Positions 1-11,221 of a stretch of DNA of 64,000 nucleotides are shown here, piece by piece; within the stretch, counting starts at the first letter, position 1; the number at the start of each line of letters is the position of its first letter. Source of the DNA: Octopus sinensis (lineage: Eukaryota). The position numbers and the translations under genes were made by a program. Where the stretch lies: positions 36,394,001-36,458,000 of the forward strand of contig NC_043001.1 in NCBI RefSeq assembly GCF_006345805.1, read 5' to 3'. Below the pieces are notes generated by a model. It saw only the letters and a program-made list of their open reading frames with translations, did not search any database and had not been told where the DNA came from.

Positions 1-571
1 TTTCGACTTTGGCTGGTCTAAGTCAATAATGGACACTTGACCGTTAGAAGCAACAGCGATTCGTTTTCCCGTCGATATATAGATTGACAGTCCCAGAACT
101 GATGCTGGTATCGTGGTTAGCCAGTTAGCTTGTTAAAAATATGTTTGCGACTGAGGTAGAATAAATACCGCGAGGTAATATTTATCCCCACATGAACGTG
201 TCCAAAAAGCCAAAATGAGATTTTCTCTCGTGGTAACTACCGCAGTATAGATTGTTCTAATAGAACATCCATGTTTAAGAGAGAGAGAGAAATGCATCGA
301 TATATGCGTATGTATTTATACGTATTATTAATGCATGTATTAATATTATACATGAATAATTCAATATTCTTGCAATCTGGTGCTATCCAGGATTTTGCGC
401 TACATGCAAGTCAAATTCAACGGGTAATTCGTATTTCAAATTTCAAAGACGAGTTGAAGAACTGCGGAATTTTCTGCAAGTACTGGAGAAGTAAAAGAGC
501 ATACTTCGATTAAGAAGATATTTTATCCTATTTATCCACCCAGCCAGTCTTGGCTACTCATGTGTCGCCAT

Positions 572-753
572 GACAGATCGTTAGCCACTACACACATATT
601 TTTCTCTCCTTGTTTTTTCTGTGTACATTTCTGTAGAAGAGCGTAGGCTCGAAACGAAAAAGACTTTTTCTATTCCTGAGCGTTATACTAATACATGTTT
701 GTTTTCTACTACACCTGTCTTCGTCTTTTGTTTATTTTCGTAAACTCTCCCTA
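572..753 (+). mobile_element. Penelope-like terminal-repeat fragment, family A, with hammerhead-like motif (CUGUAGA core at 631-637)
   Basis: Near-identical to 17030-17200 (minus) and 17598-17782 (plus). Motif: ttt CTGTAGA A GAGC gtag GCTC GAAA CG a aaaag. U16.1 is mutated in this copy. Confidence 0.6.
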
Positions 754-774
754 CATAGTAAAGACCCCGTTCGG

Positions 775-908
775 TCATGATTGACCATGGGATTGCACCT
801 AGAAAGTTCCCCTCCGTGGCACAAGTCCGTGTAAGGTTCTTTATGGATGCCAGTAGTCTCCCATACATACCAGCCTCCCATCTCCATGCCACTGATGTTA
901 TTCAAGGG
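775..908. mobile_element. Interspersed repeat fragment, probably retroposon-derived
   Basis: Non-microsatellite, GC-richer block between other repeats; family not assignable from the window. Confidence 0.3.
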
Positions 909-929
909 GAAAAAAAGCAAAGGCTAATA

Positions 930-1100
930 CAGCTTGGCGCCAGTGACGTCACAACTCGTTTCTACAGCTGAGTGAACTGGAGTTACGTGAAATAGAGTGT
1001 CTTGTTCCAAAGCACAGCACACTGCTTGGTCCAGGAATCGGACTCGCTACCTCATGTCTGTAAGCCCGACTCTTTAACCATTGAGCCATACGCCTTCACT
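930..1100 (-). mobile_element. tRNA-derived SINE, family S2
   Basis: Minus-strand head gaaggcgtatggctcaatggttaaag with A/B-box-like motifs, then core gtgctttggaacaagacactctatttcacg...ccagttcactcagctg shared with other copies. Confidence 0.8.
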
Positions 1101-1127
1101 GTATACATACATATATATACATATATA

Positions 1128-1286
1128 CGACGGGCTTCTTTCAGTTTCCGTCTCCCAAAACCACTCACAAGGCTTTGGTCGGCCCGAGGCTACAGTAGAA
1201 GACACTTGTCCAGGGTGCCACGCAGTGGGAGTGAACCCGGGACCATGTGGTTGGTAAGCAAGCTACTTACCACACAGCCACTCCTG
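1128..1286 (-). mobile_element. tRNA-derived SINE family S1, 5' half (inverted relative to its tail at 1550-1745)
   Basis: Reverse complement matches the S1 heads at 25225 and 29963. Confidence 0.85.
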
Positions 1287-1441
1287 TGATATATATATGT
1301 GTGTGTGTGTGTGTATGTATACAGTGAAGGCGTATGGCTCAATGGTTAAAGAGTCGGGCTTACAGACATGAGGTAGCGAGTCCGATTCCTGGACCAAGCA
1401 GTGTGCTGTGTTTTGGAACAATATATATACATATAACATAT

Positions 1442-1542
<101 letters not shown>

Positions 1543-1549
1543 TGTGTCT

Positions 1550-1745
1550 GTGTTTGTCCCCCCAACATCGCTTGACAACCGATGCTGGTGTGTTTACGTC
1601 CCCGTAACTTAGCGGTTCGGCAAAAGAGACCGATAGAATAAGTACTAGTCTTAAAAAAGAATAAGTCCTGGGGTCGATTTGCTCGACTAAAGGCGGTGCT
1701 CCAGCATGGCCGCAGTCAAATGACTGAAACAAGTAAAAGAGTAAA
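1550..1745 (+). mobile_element. SINE family S1, 3' half
   Basis: tgtttgtccccccaacatcgcttgacaaccgatgctgg...cagtcaaatgactgaaacaagtaaaaga, as in the complete copies. Confidence 0.85.
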
Positions 1746-2465
1746 AAAAGTATACATCCCTATGCATGTATATATGCATATAGTGTGTGTGTGTGTTTGA
1801 ATAATCTTGCTCTTGCTTTCCTGTTCATTGGATTCGTTGTTGTTGTTGTCGATTTAGTGGTAAGATGGTATATTGAGATTTGACTGCGCATAAACACGAC
1901 AGACAGATAGGCAGATAAATAAATGGGCAGATAGATGTAGAGATGAACTGATAAATAACAAAACAGAGCGGGAGATATAAGACACAGAAGGAGGAAAATA
2001 CTAAAAGAAGGACTGAGAGAGTGGGAGAGAGAGAGAAAGTTTATTCTTTTAGGTACACAGAGGTAGAGTCGGGCATATAGATAACTATAATCAGTCATTC
2101 ATGGAGGTATTCTGTTTGAGGGCTTGTGAAGGGGGTATGAAATAACTCGGGGGGGGGGGGAACTGTGACAGAATGAGATGAAAAGATAAGGCGAGAACTC
2201 ATGCTTGCGAACAAAATGTGAAATTGATAAAGAGGAAACACATGTCACATACAGAAACATGACAAGACAACAAGCGTGCCTGGATGTGGTTGCCTTCATG
2301 CTCTCTTAGATATAGCAGCTAAATATCCTTTTAAACAGCAGTTCACGACTGCTTCTTACGCCACGGACCGGTTTCATGCAAGTCAATTTCTCCACGCACC
2401 GTGCGGCCATGTCCATAAAAAATACGATATAATGCGTAATATATAATTTAATTATGACATATATA

Positions 2466-2627
2466 GGCGTAGGAGTGACTGTGTGGTAATTAGCTTGCTT
2501 ACCAACCACAAGGTTCCGTGTTCAGTCCCACTGCGTGGCACCATACGCAAGTGTCTTCTACTATAGCCTCAGGCCGACCAAAGCCTTGTGAGTGGATTTG
2601 GTAGACGGAAAGTGAAAGAAGCCCGTC

Positions 2628-2698
<71 letters not shown>

Positions 2699-3050
2699 AT
2701 CACGTGATCGACCAGACCATCAGATGTTACACATCGCTGGTCACAATGCGTTTGCATTGTTTTAGCCTTCGAATTACGCCACCCCGCTGGCTAAGCGAGC
2801 AGGCCAATATATATATATATATCTGTGTGTGTGTATGTTTGTGTGTCTGTGTTTGCCCCCCCCCAACGTCGCTTGACAACCGATGCTGGTGTGTTTACAT
2901 CCCCGTAACTTAGCGGTTCGGGAAAAAGAGACCGATAGAATAAGTATTAGACTTACAAAGAATAAGTCCTGGGGTCGATTTGTTCGTTTAAAGGCGGTAC
3001 TCCAGCAGGACCACAGTCAAATGACTGAAACTAGTAAAATAGTAAAAGAG
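2466..3050 (+). mobile_element. SINE family S1 with an inverted tail of another SINE (about 2690-2806) inserted in its internal microsatellite
   Basis: S1 head 2466-2630 and S1 tail 2840-3050; the insert matches the tail at 14200-14312 in reverse complement. Confidence 0.8.
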
Positions 3051-3081
3051 TATTTAATACATCCATATTACTTCGTATATT

Positions 3082-3725
3082 AGGTCGTATCATAAAGTTC
3101 CCAGACTAGTTATGTAGCGCGCCAACAGATGGCAGCACACTGTTGTGTGCACAGTGAGAGCTAGCAGTGACATTCATGTGTCGAGTGACATCACCATGTT
3201 TACTACGCAAGTTGTGAAATTTGTGATTTTGTGATCACGTGTATGCTGTGTTCTGCGATTTTTGTCATGGTCGGGAACAAAGACCGAACGTGAAATTCTG
3301 CGTTAAACTTGGGAAGTCTGCCACAGAAACATTGAGCATGCTTCGGCAAGCTTACGGCGAGGAGGCCGTTGGCCGTACGCAATGTTTTGAGTGGATCGGG
3401 CGTTTCAAAAGCTGAATGAAGAACGTTACTGCAAGACGATGTGTGATCTGGAAGGCCAACCACGAGCGTCAAACGTCACCCCTGGAAGTATGGAGGAAGT
3501 TCATCAGCTTGTGCATGAGTATCCTCGGAGGACAATCAATGACATTACTGATGTTTTTGGTCTGTCTTAATGGTCCGTGCATGCAATCCTAACGTCTGAT
3601 TTGAACAAGCGGTGTGTCTCAGTCAAGTTTGTCCCCCGCTTGCTGAGCAATGAGCAGAAAGTAAATCGCGTCGGAGTCTGTCAAGATCTTTGTCAGCATG
3701 CCGCTGATGACCCATCCCTCATGTT
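3082..3725 (+). pseudogene. Mariner transposase relic (N-terminal HTH to WVPHEL-like motif)
   Basis: From 3275: EQRPNVKFCVKLGKSATETLSMLRQAYGEEAVGRTQCFEWIGRFKS*, then ..SGRPTTS.. and KFVPRLL (ORF 3577-3786). Contains stops and frameshifts; catalytic domain absent. Confidence 0.85.
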
Positions 3726-4058
3726 GATGGCGTGTAAGCTCGTAATAACTTCTGAGAAAATTCACACTTACCACACTTGGATTTAATGGAAGACAGTTAC
3801 TTTGAATAATTTTACTGATAAAATTTTTTGGAACTCTTTCAATGTTCACTCCATTTCTTTTTTCGCAATAATGCGGAAAATATGGTCTGCCTTTGATATT
3901 TTTTTTATTTCATAATATTTCGCAAACTAGTTCTACAGTATGGCTTCTTATATTAGGTTAGCACGAAGAGTTTCTCATCATCGTGAATTTTAGCACCAGC
4001 ATTAACAAATGAACCCCCGTTGATACTCTGTGGAATAACAGAGATTTAGGCGCAACCT

Positions 4059-4450
4059 GGTTGTATGATTGAGAAGATCACTTTGTAATTATATACTTTC
4101 GGGTTCAGTTTCAATGCGGAGCAACTTCGACAAGTGTCTTCTATTATAGCCCCAGATCGACCAATGCATTGTGAGTGAATTTTGCAGACGGGAACTGGGT
4201 GGAAGCGTGGAGCCCGTCATATTTGTGTGTGTATCTGTCTGTGTCTGTGTGCGTGTATGTGTGTCTGCATGTGTGTGTGTGTTTGTGTGTGGTCTTTATA
4301 TCTTTGTTTATTCTCACCAATGCTGGACAACCGGTGTTGGTCCGTTTACGTCCTTGTAACGTAGTGCTTCAGCAAAAGCGACTGTTGGAATATGTATAAT
4401 GCTTGAAGATAAGTACCGACGTCAATCTACTCGACTAATACCCTTGGAAG
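4059..4450 (+). mobile_element. Old, diverged S1-like SINE
   Basis: Degenerate head, core (caagtgtcttctattatagccc) and tail. Confidence 0.65.
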
Positions 4451-4583
4451 ATGTGTCCAAAGAAGACCGAAACATGTAAATGATAGAAGATAGAGATAAA
4501 ACCAGAATAACAGCACCGACAAAAGACATGCGATAAAAGATAACCACCTAGTTACAGAAAACGTGGCCAAAATGCAAGCAAAT

Positions 4584-4842
4584 TCTTTTCTTTTGCGCCC
4601 TTTTTAAAGCCTAGCTAGGTTCATGGGCCCGGTTTCCTGGTTTCAATGACGTATGTGTTCCCAAGCTGGACAGGACGCCAGTCCATCGCAGCGTTACTCA
4701 TTTTTGCCAGCTGAGTGGATTGGAGTAACGTGAAATGAAGTGTTTTGCTCAAGAACTCAACGTGTCGTCCGGTCCAGGAATCGAAACCACAATCTTACGA
4801 TCATGATGCTGACACCCTAACCACTAAGCTACGCGCCTCCAC
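4584..4842 (-). mobile_element. tRNA-derived SINE family S2 with 13-bp TSD
   Basis: TSD aatgcaagcaaat at 4571-4583 and 4843-4855; tRNA-like head at the right end and (aaaag)n tail at the left. Confidence 0.9.
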
Positions 4843-5344
4843 AATGCAAGCAAATACAGAAAAGCAAACAGCAGCATCAAGAAAACGTAAACATGAATAC
4901 ATACAAGCATTTTTTTTTGCGAGCAAGAAAGTTTCTGACATAAGGAGCTGCCTTTCTGACGTAATATCAAAGTAGTTTTGAATTGTTTCCTGAGGTATTT
5001 GCTCATAAACGGGGAAGGAGAAAAGTAATTCAGTTCTGTACCACGAAAGACTGCGAGTACGTTCAACGTGTTCTCGAAAGAGCAACAAAAATAGGCCCTG
5101 TTTTATGGGTATGACGATGTGATCGCTATCGACTGCAGTTGAGTATAAGACAGTGTCTGCCGTTTTTGAAATCCGACGGTAATATAAAAAGAAACACACA
5201 CCTGCTCCAATGTTCATACCTGTGGAATGCAGTAGTAGTCAGGGGCATTCACAGTGACATTTTTCATTGGATCGTTATGTTTGTATTTCCAAAAACAGTT
5301 ATTTGCGAGTGCAGAATTGCCGAAAGATGGTAAGTGATCGGGAA

Positions 5345-5642
5345 GTGGAGGCATATGGCCTAGTGGTTAGAGCAGCGGTCTCGCGGTCGAGGGATCGCGG
5401 GATTGAATCTCAGACCGGGCGATGCGTGTGTTTATGAGCGAAACACCTAAGCTCCACGCGGCTCCTGCAGAAGGTAATGGCGAATTTCTGCTGACTCTTT
5501 CACCACAACTTTCTATCACTCTTTCTTCCTGCATCTTGCAGCTCACCTGCGACAGACCGGCGTCCCGTCCAGGTGGGGAACCTATACGCCATGCAAACCG
5601 CGAAACCGGCCCTTATGAGCTTGGCGTGGCTCGGGAAGTTTC
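5345..5642 (+). mobile_element. tRNA-derived SINE family S3
   Basis: Head gtggaggcatatggcctagtggttagagcagcgg; near-match to 42041-42342. Confidence 0.85.
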
Positions 5643-5782
5643 AGTGTAAACTTTTAAATGCTACTGAACCCCCAAAATCACAGAATCATTCCAGAACTGT
5701 GTTCTGTTGCAGGTTCCGAATCAAAACCGTTGAGACACTGCAAGAAAGAAAGTGCAGTTAATAATGTAGCAGGAAGACATAC

Positions 5783-5806
5783 CTGAGTGCTGTCTTCACA
5801 GAGGAA
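5783..5806 (-). other. Candidate 24-nt micro-exon
   Basis: cttttctctttctctatattcttag|TTCCTCTGTGAAGACAGCACTCAG|gtatgt; frame-preserving; no homology support. Confidence 0.3.
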
Positions 5807-5899
5807 CTAAGAATATAGAGAAAGAGAAAAGCGTGGATTTATTTGCTGCATCTCCGTGATCAGTTAAGGAGTGTGCTGTGTTCTGTTGCTCTCCTCTCT

Positions 5900-5942
<43 letters not shown>

Positions 5943-6158
5943 CTATCTCTCCCTTGCTGAAGATATCCCAGCTCAGGATCGAACTGATTCATCTCATTCT
6001 GCCGATACTATGTCGTACATAGCGAGAAGATATTTACATCTGTGTTGGTTAAACTGTTTAGTTATACGTTGTTCTGTAGATTACCACTGGAACAAAATAC
6101 ATTAGCGCAACAGTAATTCATATGAAAACATACATACACACACACCCACACAAACAAA

Positions 6159-6195
<37 letters not shown>

Positions 6196-6324
6196 ATAAA
6201 CACACATATATATAGTGGTGTATTGTTGAAAAGCATTATATAGTGCTATTTGGGTTGTCTTGTGGCAAATAGCGAAAATATTAGTTATAATTCATATAAT
6301 TGTTAGTGCTTCTACATCTATCAA

Positions 6325-6421
<97 letters not shown>

Positions 6422-6438
6422 TTATAATTATTATACTA

Positions 6439-6473
<35 letters not shown>

Positions 6474-6493
6474 TATCATTATTATTATCATTA

Positions 6494-6567
<74 letters not shown>

Positions 6568-6590
6568 TATTATTATCATTGTCATTATTA
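6325..6590. repeat. (TTA)n microsatellite
   Basis: Direct observation. Confidence 0.95.
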
Positions 6591-7254
6591 GAAAATTCTG
6601 TATAGACTTATTAGTAAAGAAATTTGTAACGGGAAGCAGGTGGACTTCATTAACAAAGCTTAATAAAACGAAAGAAGAAAATAAACAAGCACTTTGTTTC
6701 TGGGTCTCTCTCTCATCCCACTTCGCATATAAACACCCACACGCACACACACACACACATACACATGCACAGATGCACATCAACAATAAAGAAGAATACA
6801 TAGTATGATATAAACAAATATATATAAAAAAAAATCAACACCAAAATAATTCATAAACAAAAGAGATCGATTTGCGATTTGTTCGTGTAATTGAGTCCGA
6901 CATGTGCTGGCTGGAATTGTAAATGCTATTAAGAACTTGGACAAGACCGTTCAAATAATGGAAATAGCGAGCGATAATGATACAAATAGTGGGAAGGAAT
7001 GGAGAAACACATGAAATTAATATCGTTGCTTCTACTGCTAAGTGTAGCAGCTATAAAAGGCATTAAGTTTACACTAGGATCAGAGGAGTTTTGTTGCTGT
7101 AGTAATTTACAGATTTGGTCTTTCTCAACGATTTTGTTTTTCTTTTCGTAAAACTGCAAAGAAACAAGATTTCATTTAGTTATTTAGTTATTCTGAATTG
7201 TGTGCTGGTTATTCTCTTTTCAAGTGGCACGAACGCAGTGGTAAATTGTTATGT

Positions 7255-7731
7255 GTCCATATATATATATATATATACATGTATATATGCATTTATAAAT
7301 ATGTGTATGTGTGTGCATGTGTGTGTGTGTACATATATGTGTATATACACATATATGTACATATATTTGTATATTTATACGTATATACGCACACACACAT
7401 ATATAAATATATAGATACATAGATAGATATAGATATGTATAATATATATACTATTTATGTATATATATATATATATTTCTGTGTGTATAGATACATTTAT
7501 ATGCATATATATATATTAATAAATAAAATAAAACATATGCATATATATAAACATATATGTACGTACCTACCTCTACATGTACATATACACGCATATATGA
7601 ATATATATTATATATATATATAATATATATATAATGTATATATGTACACACATATATGTGTGTGTATGTATATATATGCATACATACATACTTATATATA
7701 CATATATGCATACATACATTCATATATATAT

Positions 7732-7767
<36 letters not shown>

Positions 7768-7772
7768 ATATA

Positions 7773-7830
<58 letters not shown>
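7255..7830. repeat. Compound (TA)n/(TG)n low-complexity tract
   Basis: Direct observation. Confidence 0.9.
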
Positions 7831-7831
<1 letters not shown>

Positions 7832-8224
7832 TGCACACTCACTCATAGACGCGCAATATATACAGACGTTCAAAAACAAAAGCAAATGCAAACACTCTTA
7901 TACGTGTATTTGCTAATAATTGATCGCAAACGAATAGTTTTAAGCTTGTTTTGTGTTGTCCGAGTAAATAGCCGTTGTGTGTCACAGAAAGCAATGTCAT
8001 AGACTGGTATTGATAAAAGAGTCAATTAACTTTTTACGTGCAAATAGTAAGGAAGCAGTTTCAAACCTTGTTGAGGGCACATGTGACTGCATATTCCAGC
8101 ATTCACATCCGAGGATTAAGAGATATCCTCAATCTGCGAAGGAGGGCACCCCTAAATTTTTGACGGAATTTGTGGCTTTTGATGCTGCGTATTATTTGTG
8201 GAACTGTTAGTAATAGTTCTTTCA

Positions 8225-8375
8225 AAGTTTGGCACAAAGATTGAAATACTGAGGGAAGAAAAAAGTATATATCGACGTTACTGCTCGATTCGTACTTTAT
8301 TTATCGACCACGAGTGGATGAAAGGTAAAGGCAACCTTGGCGAAAATTGAACTCAGAACATAAAGAAACGGTAAA
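8225..8375 (-). mobile_element. Old S4-like SINE fragment
   Basis: tttatcgaccacgagtggatgaaaggtaaaggcaaccttggcgaaaattgaactcagaac resembles the S4 body. Confidence 0.6.
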
Positions 8376-9631
8376 TATTTTATTCGAGCTCGGTCCCCTC
8401 ACCTTTAGTAATAATGCAATTCCCGTTGTTATTATTGCTTTTTCATTTCGTTTTCTATTATCTTGCTGCACTCAAGTACACCAAGGTATTTGTATCCTTC
8501 CGTTTTAATTTGCTTAATCAAGCCTCTATTAGGTAATTCAGTCCCTGCTAGAAACTGTACCTTGCACCTTTTTAGGTAGATTATTCGGCGCTTCTTGAGT
8601 CTAAATTCCATTCTAATATCAGTACTAAAACAGTGGGCTGTGTTCACCAAGGAACTCATTTGTGCCTCATCTTTGCCATACAGTTTCAAATCAGCCATGA
8701 AAAAGTGATAGTTGATTGTTTGGGAGTTTTCCTCTAGTTGGTACTCCAGGTTCATTTCCCTCAGTACCAAGGTCAGGGGTATTTTGCAGATAACGAAAAG
8801 CAACAGAGATAGGCTATCACTCTGGAAAATCTCTCTTCTGATACCCAGGGTGCCCAAGCTTTTTCGGTAAGATCTCAGTTCAGTTTTCCATCCCACCATA
8901 CTTCTCTTCGGGAAACACGGTACATTCCTCGCAATTCTAAACCGATCTAAGCACTTGTTGATCCACGAATGTGAAATTATATCATAAGCTTTGCGATAGT
9001 CAAGCTAGGCCATTCCTCCTTCGTTTACAATCTTGCATTACCATTTTGTCAATCAACAGTTGGCCTTTGGTTCCCCTGCATCTCCATCTACAGCCTCTTT
9101 TTATTCTGTTGGTAATATATCGTTCTCATCAAGAAATTTATACAGTTCTTCTACAATTCCTTCTGTCAGTAACTTCTACATTAATGGGAGGCAGGAAATT
9201 GGTCTGTAATTGTCAGCAGCATTTCCCTTTGATGCATCCTCCAGACACAGCACCGTCCGTCCTTTTGTCAACCAGCCCAGGATTTCTTCTCCATTGATCA
9301 ATGCATTAAATTACTCTGCAATCAATTTATGACTACTCAACATTTTTATCCAAAATCCCTGTACACTCTCAGGTCCTGCTGCTTTCCAGTTGCTTATATT
9401 TTTACTCATATTTCTCATACTGTCGTCTGTGAAGTGGATAGCCTCTTGCTGGGGATAAGAAGCTCTTTGTTCCAGGCTGCAGAGCCATTCAGCTGGAGTA
9501 TTATGTTGTTCTTGCTTACTCCATATCTTACCACAGAAAAGTCGGCTTTCATCAGCATCAAGAACTAATCTTTCACGTTTTTTTCATCATTAATCTCGAT
9601 AAAATATTTTTTGGTCGGTTCTAAACAATTT

Positions 9632-9964
9632 ACGGAGATGTACTTGCTTAGAAAGTGACCTGATCTGAAATCGTGTGCTGGAATGAAAACAATTGCAGCG
9701 TGGAAGGTGTTTATAAACCAATTAAGATACACAAAATCCGTTAGATTCACTTCAACATTTAAATTTAATTTGTCAAAATATTTTCGTCGCTTTGAGACCG
9801 CGACCTGTTCACTGAGATACAGCACATAATTTTGTCAGTGAACAGGTCGCGGTCTCAAAGTGACAAAAATATTTTGTCAAATTAAATTTAATGTTGAAGT
9901 GAATCTAACGGATTTTGTGTGTTTCTTAAATGGCTTATAAACACCGTCCACGCTGCAATAGTTG
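9632..9964. mobile_element. Fold-back, Penelope-like non-autonomous insertion with 12-bp TSD, nested in the R4 element
   Basis: TSD tctaaacaattt at 9620-9631 and 9965-9976 (LINE coding sequence NKLFR duplicated); about 125-bp inverted arms around a 19-nt spacer (9816-9834). Confidence 0.85.
9767..9815 (-). ncRNA. Minimal type-I hammerhead ribozyme candidate, G3:C8 core variant
   Basis: uca GUGAACA G GUCGC ggucucaaa GCGAC GAA AAUAUU U ugacaaauu; a second, mutated copy lies on plus at 9828-9880. Folded by eye. Confidence 0.6.
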
Positions 9965-11221
9965 TCTAAACAATTTGTTTTGCTGATATTGCTTAATCCG
10001 TTGGTGAAACCTAGTTAGCTTTGTTTTATATTTTATTTTTATTTTATTTTTATTTATTTATTTATTTATTTACTGCAAGTAGGCACTGCTTCAGTTCCTC
10101 AATTACAACATTCAGGCTTTTGTATCTACACCATATTTCTTCCTAACCTTTTTGAATTTCCATGCATTCTTAAGTTCTCCATTTCTTTTCCTGACAAGTA
10201 TTGACACTACACTGTTCAAGGAGTTTATATCTTCAGAAATTCTCCTTTTCCGCCACGGTTGTATATTATATTTTCTATCCGCCGCTGTTCTATTCTCAGT
10301 AGTCTCAATTCCATCCTTTCTGCCACAATCCTACCAACAGCCTTGATAAGATTATTTGTTTGTGTGATGTTCATTGTTTCAATGTGTCTCAATATATTAT
10401 TGACTTTACTCATCTCTTGATTTAGTCTCCATTGGTTAGCCTTCTTAAAGTCGCACATAAATTCTGTCCCTTCTGTATTTAATAGATCCAAAATTCTGTC
10501 AATTATTAATCGGTCTTCATTGTTTGAGTAGTCACTGATCTCAATTCTTTCACAATTCACGGTGTTATATTCTTGCGAACAATTGTCCATCTCTTCCACT
10601 ATACCACCATTATTCGTATGCTCAGCATCACCCCGATATCATTCTTTTAATAGCTTCTAGCTCCAATTCTGTTAAACATCCATTCTTTCGTATTGTTTTT
10701 GCTTGGTCACATAATCTCTGTTCAGTAATTTCGAACAGTTCCATTGCCTTCCATTCACTGTGCATTCCTTTTCTGTGCCCTCTGATAGGTATATCATTTG
10801 CATTCACTGGGGTGCTCCGGTAGTGACACGCCATAACCATCGTGTTTACTTGATTATTCCACTTATGTTTTGTAGCATGGTTAGCAGTTGCTAGATTACG
10901 ATCGGGCCCACCCTGCTACACAGTAGGGCACCTGCCGGGCGCGACACCTTCACCATTGGTTCCAGTCCCGTTCACACCGTTATCGTCATTTATTTTGCTT
11001 GGCATTTTCACTCACAGCCGAGGTGTGATTTAAGATTACTACCAACCGGTATTTTATCCAGACACTATCTCTATCAAGGTAGTCCGCCAAGGCGGCAGGG
11101 CCCTTGCTCCCCTGATTTTGAACTCAGAGTGGTCCTTCTAGACTGCTTGCCATCTAAGACTAACGAGTACAGCCTACCCGGGGCACTGGTTATTTGAAGG
11201 CGCCAGGTACTCGCCTTTTCC

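Larger units (their letters stand above)
8432..11221 (-). pseudogene. R4/Dong-like (R2-group) non-LTR retrotransposon: 5' UTR, N-terminal region and reverse transcriptase; decayed and lacking its 3' part
   Basis: Putative ATG at 11005; KWNNQVNTMVMACHY..ITEQRLCDQAKTIRKNGCLTELE; VIEELKQ; QYQQNKLFRTDQKIFY; WKAAGPESVQGFWIK; [11 protein letters not shown]; KDQLLIDK; RREIFQSDSLSLLLF; FMADLKLY; YKYLGV. Multiple stops and frameshifts; interrupted at 9632-9964 and by (TAAA)n. Confidence 0.92.

Noticed and set aside
1715-1740. S1 SINE tail hairpin followed by GAAAC(AA/AU/UA)GUA, like a hammerhead 3' half
   Set aside because: No CUGANGA-type core or stem I upstream in any copy.
4447-4482. gaagatg-tgtc..gacc-GAAACATGTA hammerhead-like fragment
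   Set aside because: The 5' side is SINE-derived; core and stem I cannot be established.
4985-5330. Plus-strand exon-like segments (VFAHKRGRRKVIQFC.. and LFASAELPKD with gtaagt donor)
   Set aside because: Weak acceptors, no recognisable homology, and conflicting candidates on the other strand.
5958-5995. CTGAAGA followed by an ATCC/GGAT hairpin
   Set aside because: Followed by GAAC; no stem III or stem I.
7011-7151. 46-aa ORF starting with a signal-peptide-like MKLISLLLLLSVAAIKG
   Set aside because: Short, with no promoter, splice or homology support; expected by chance.
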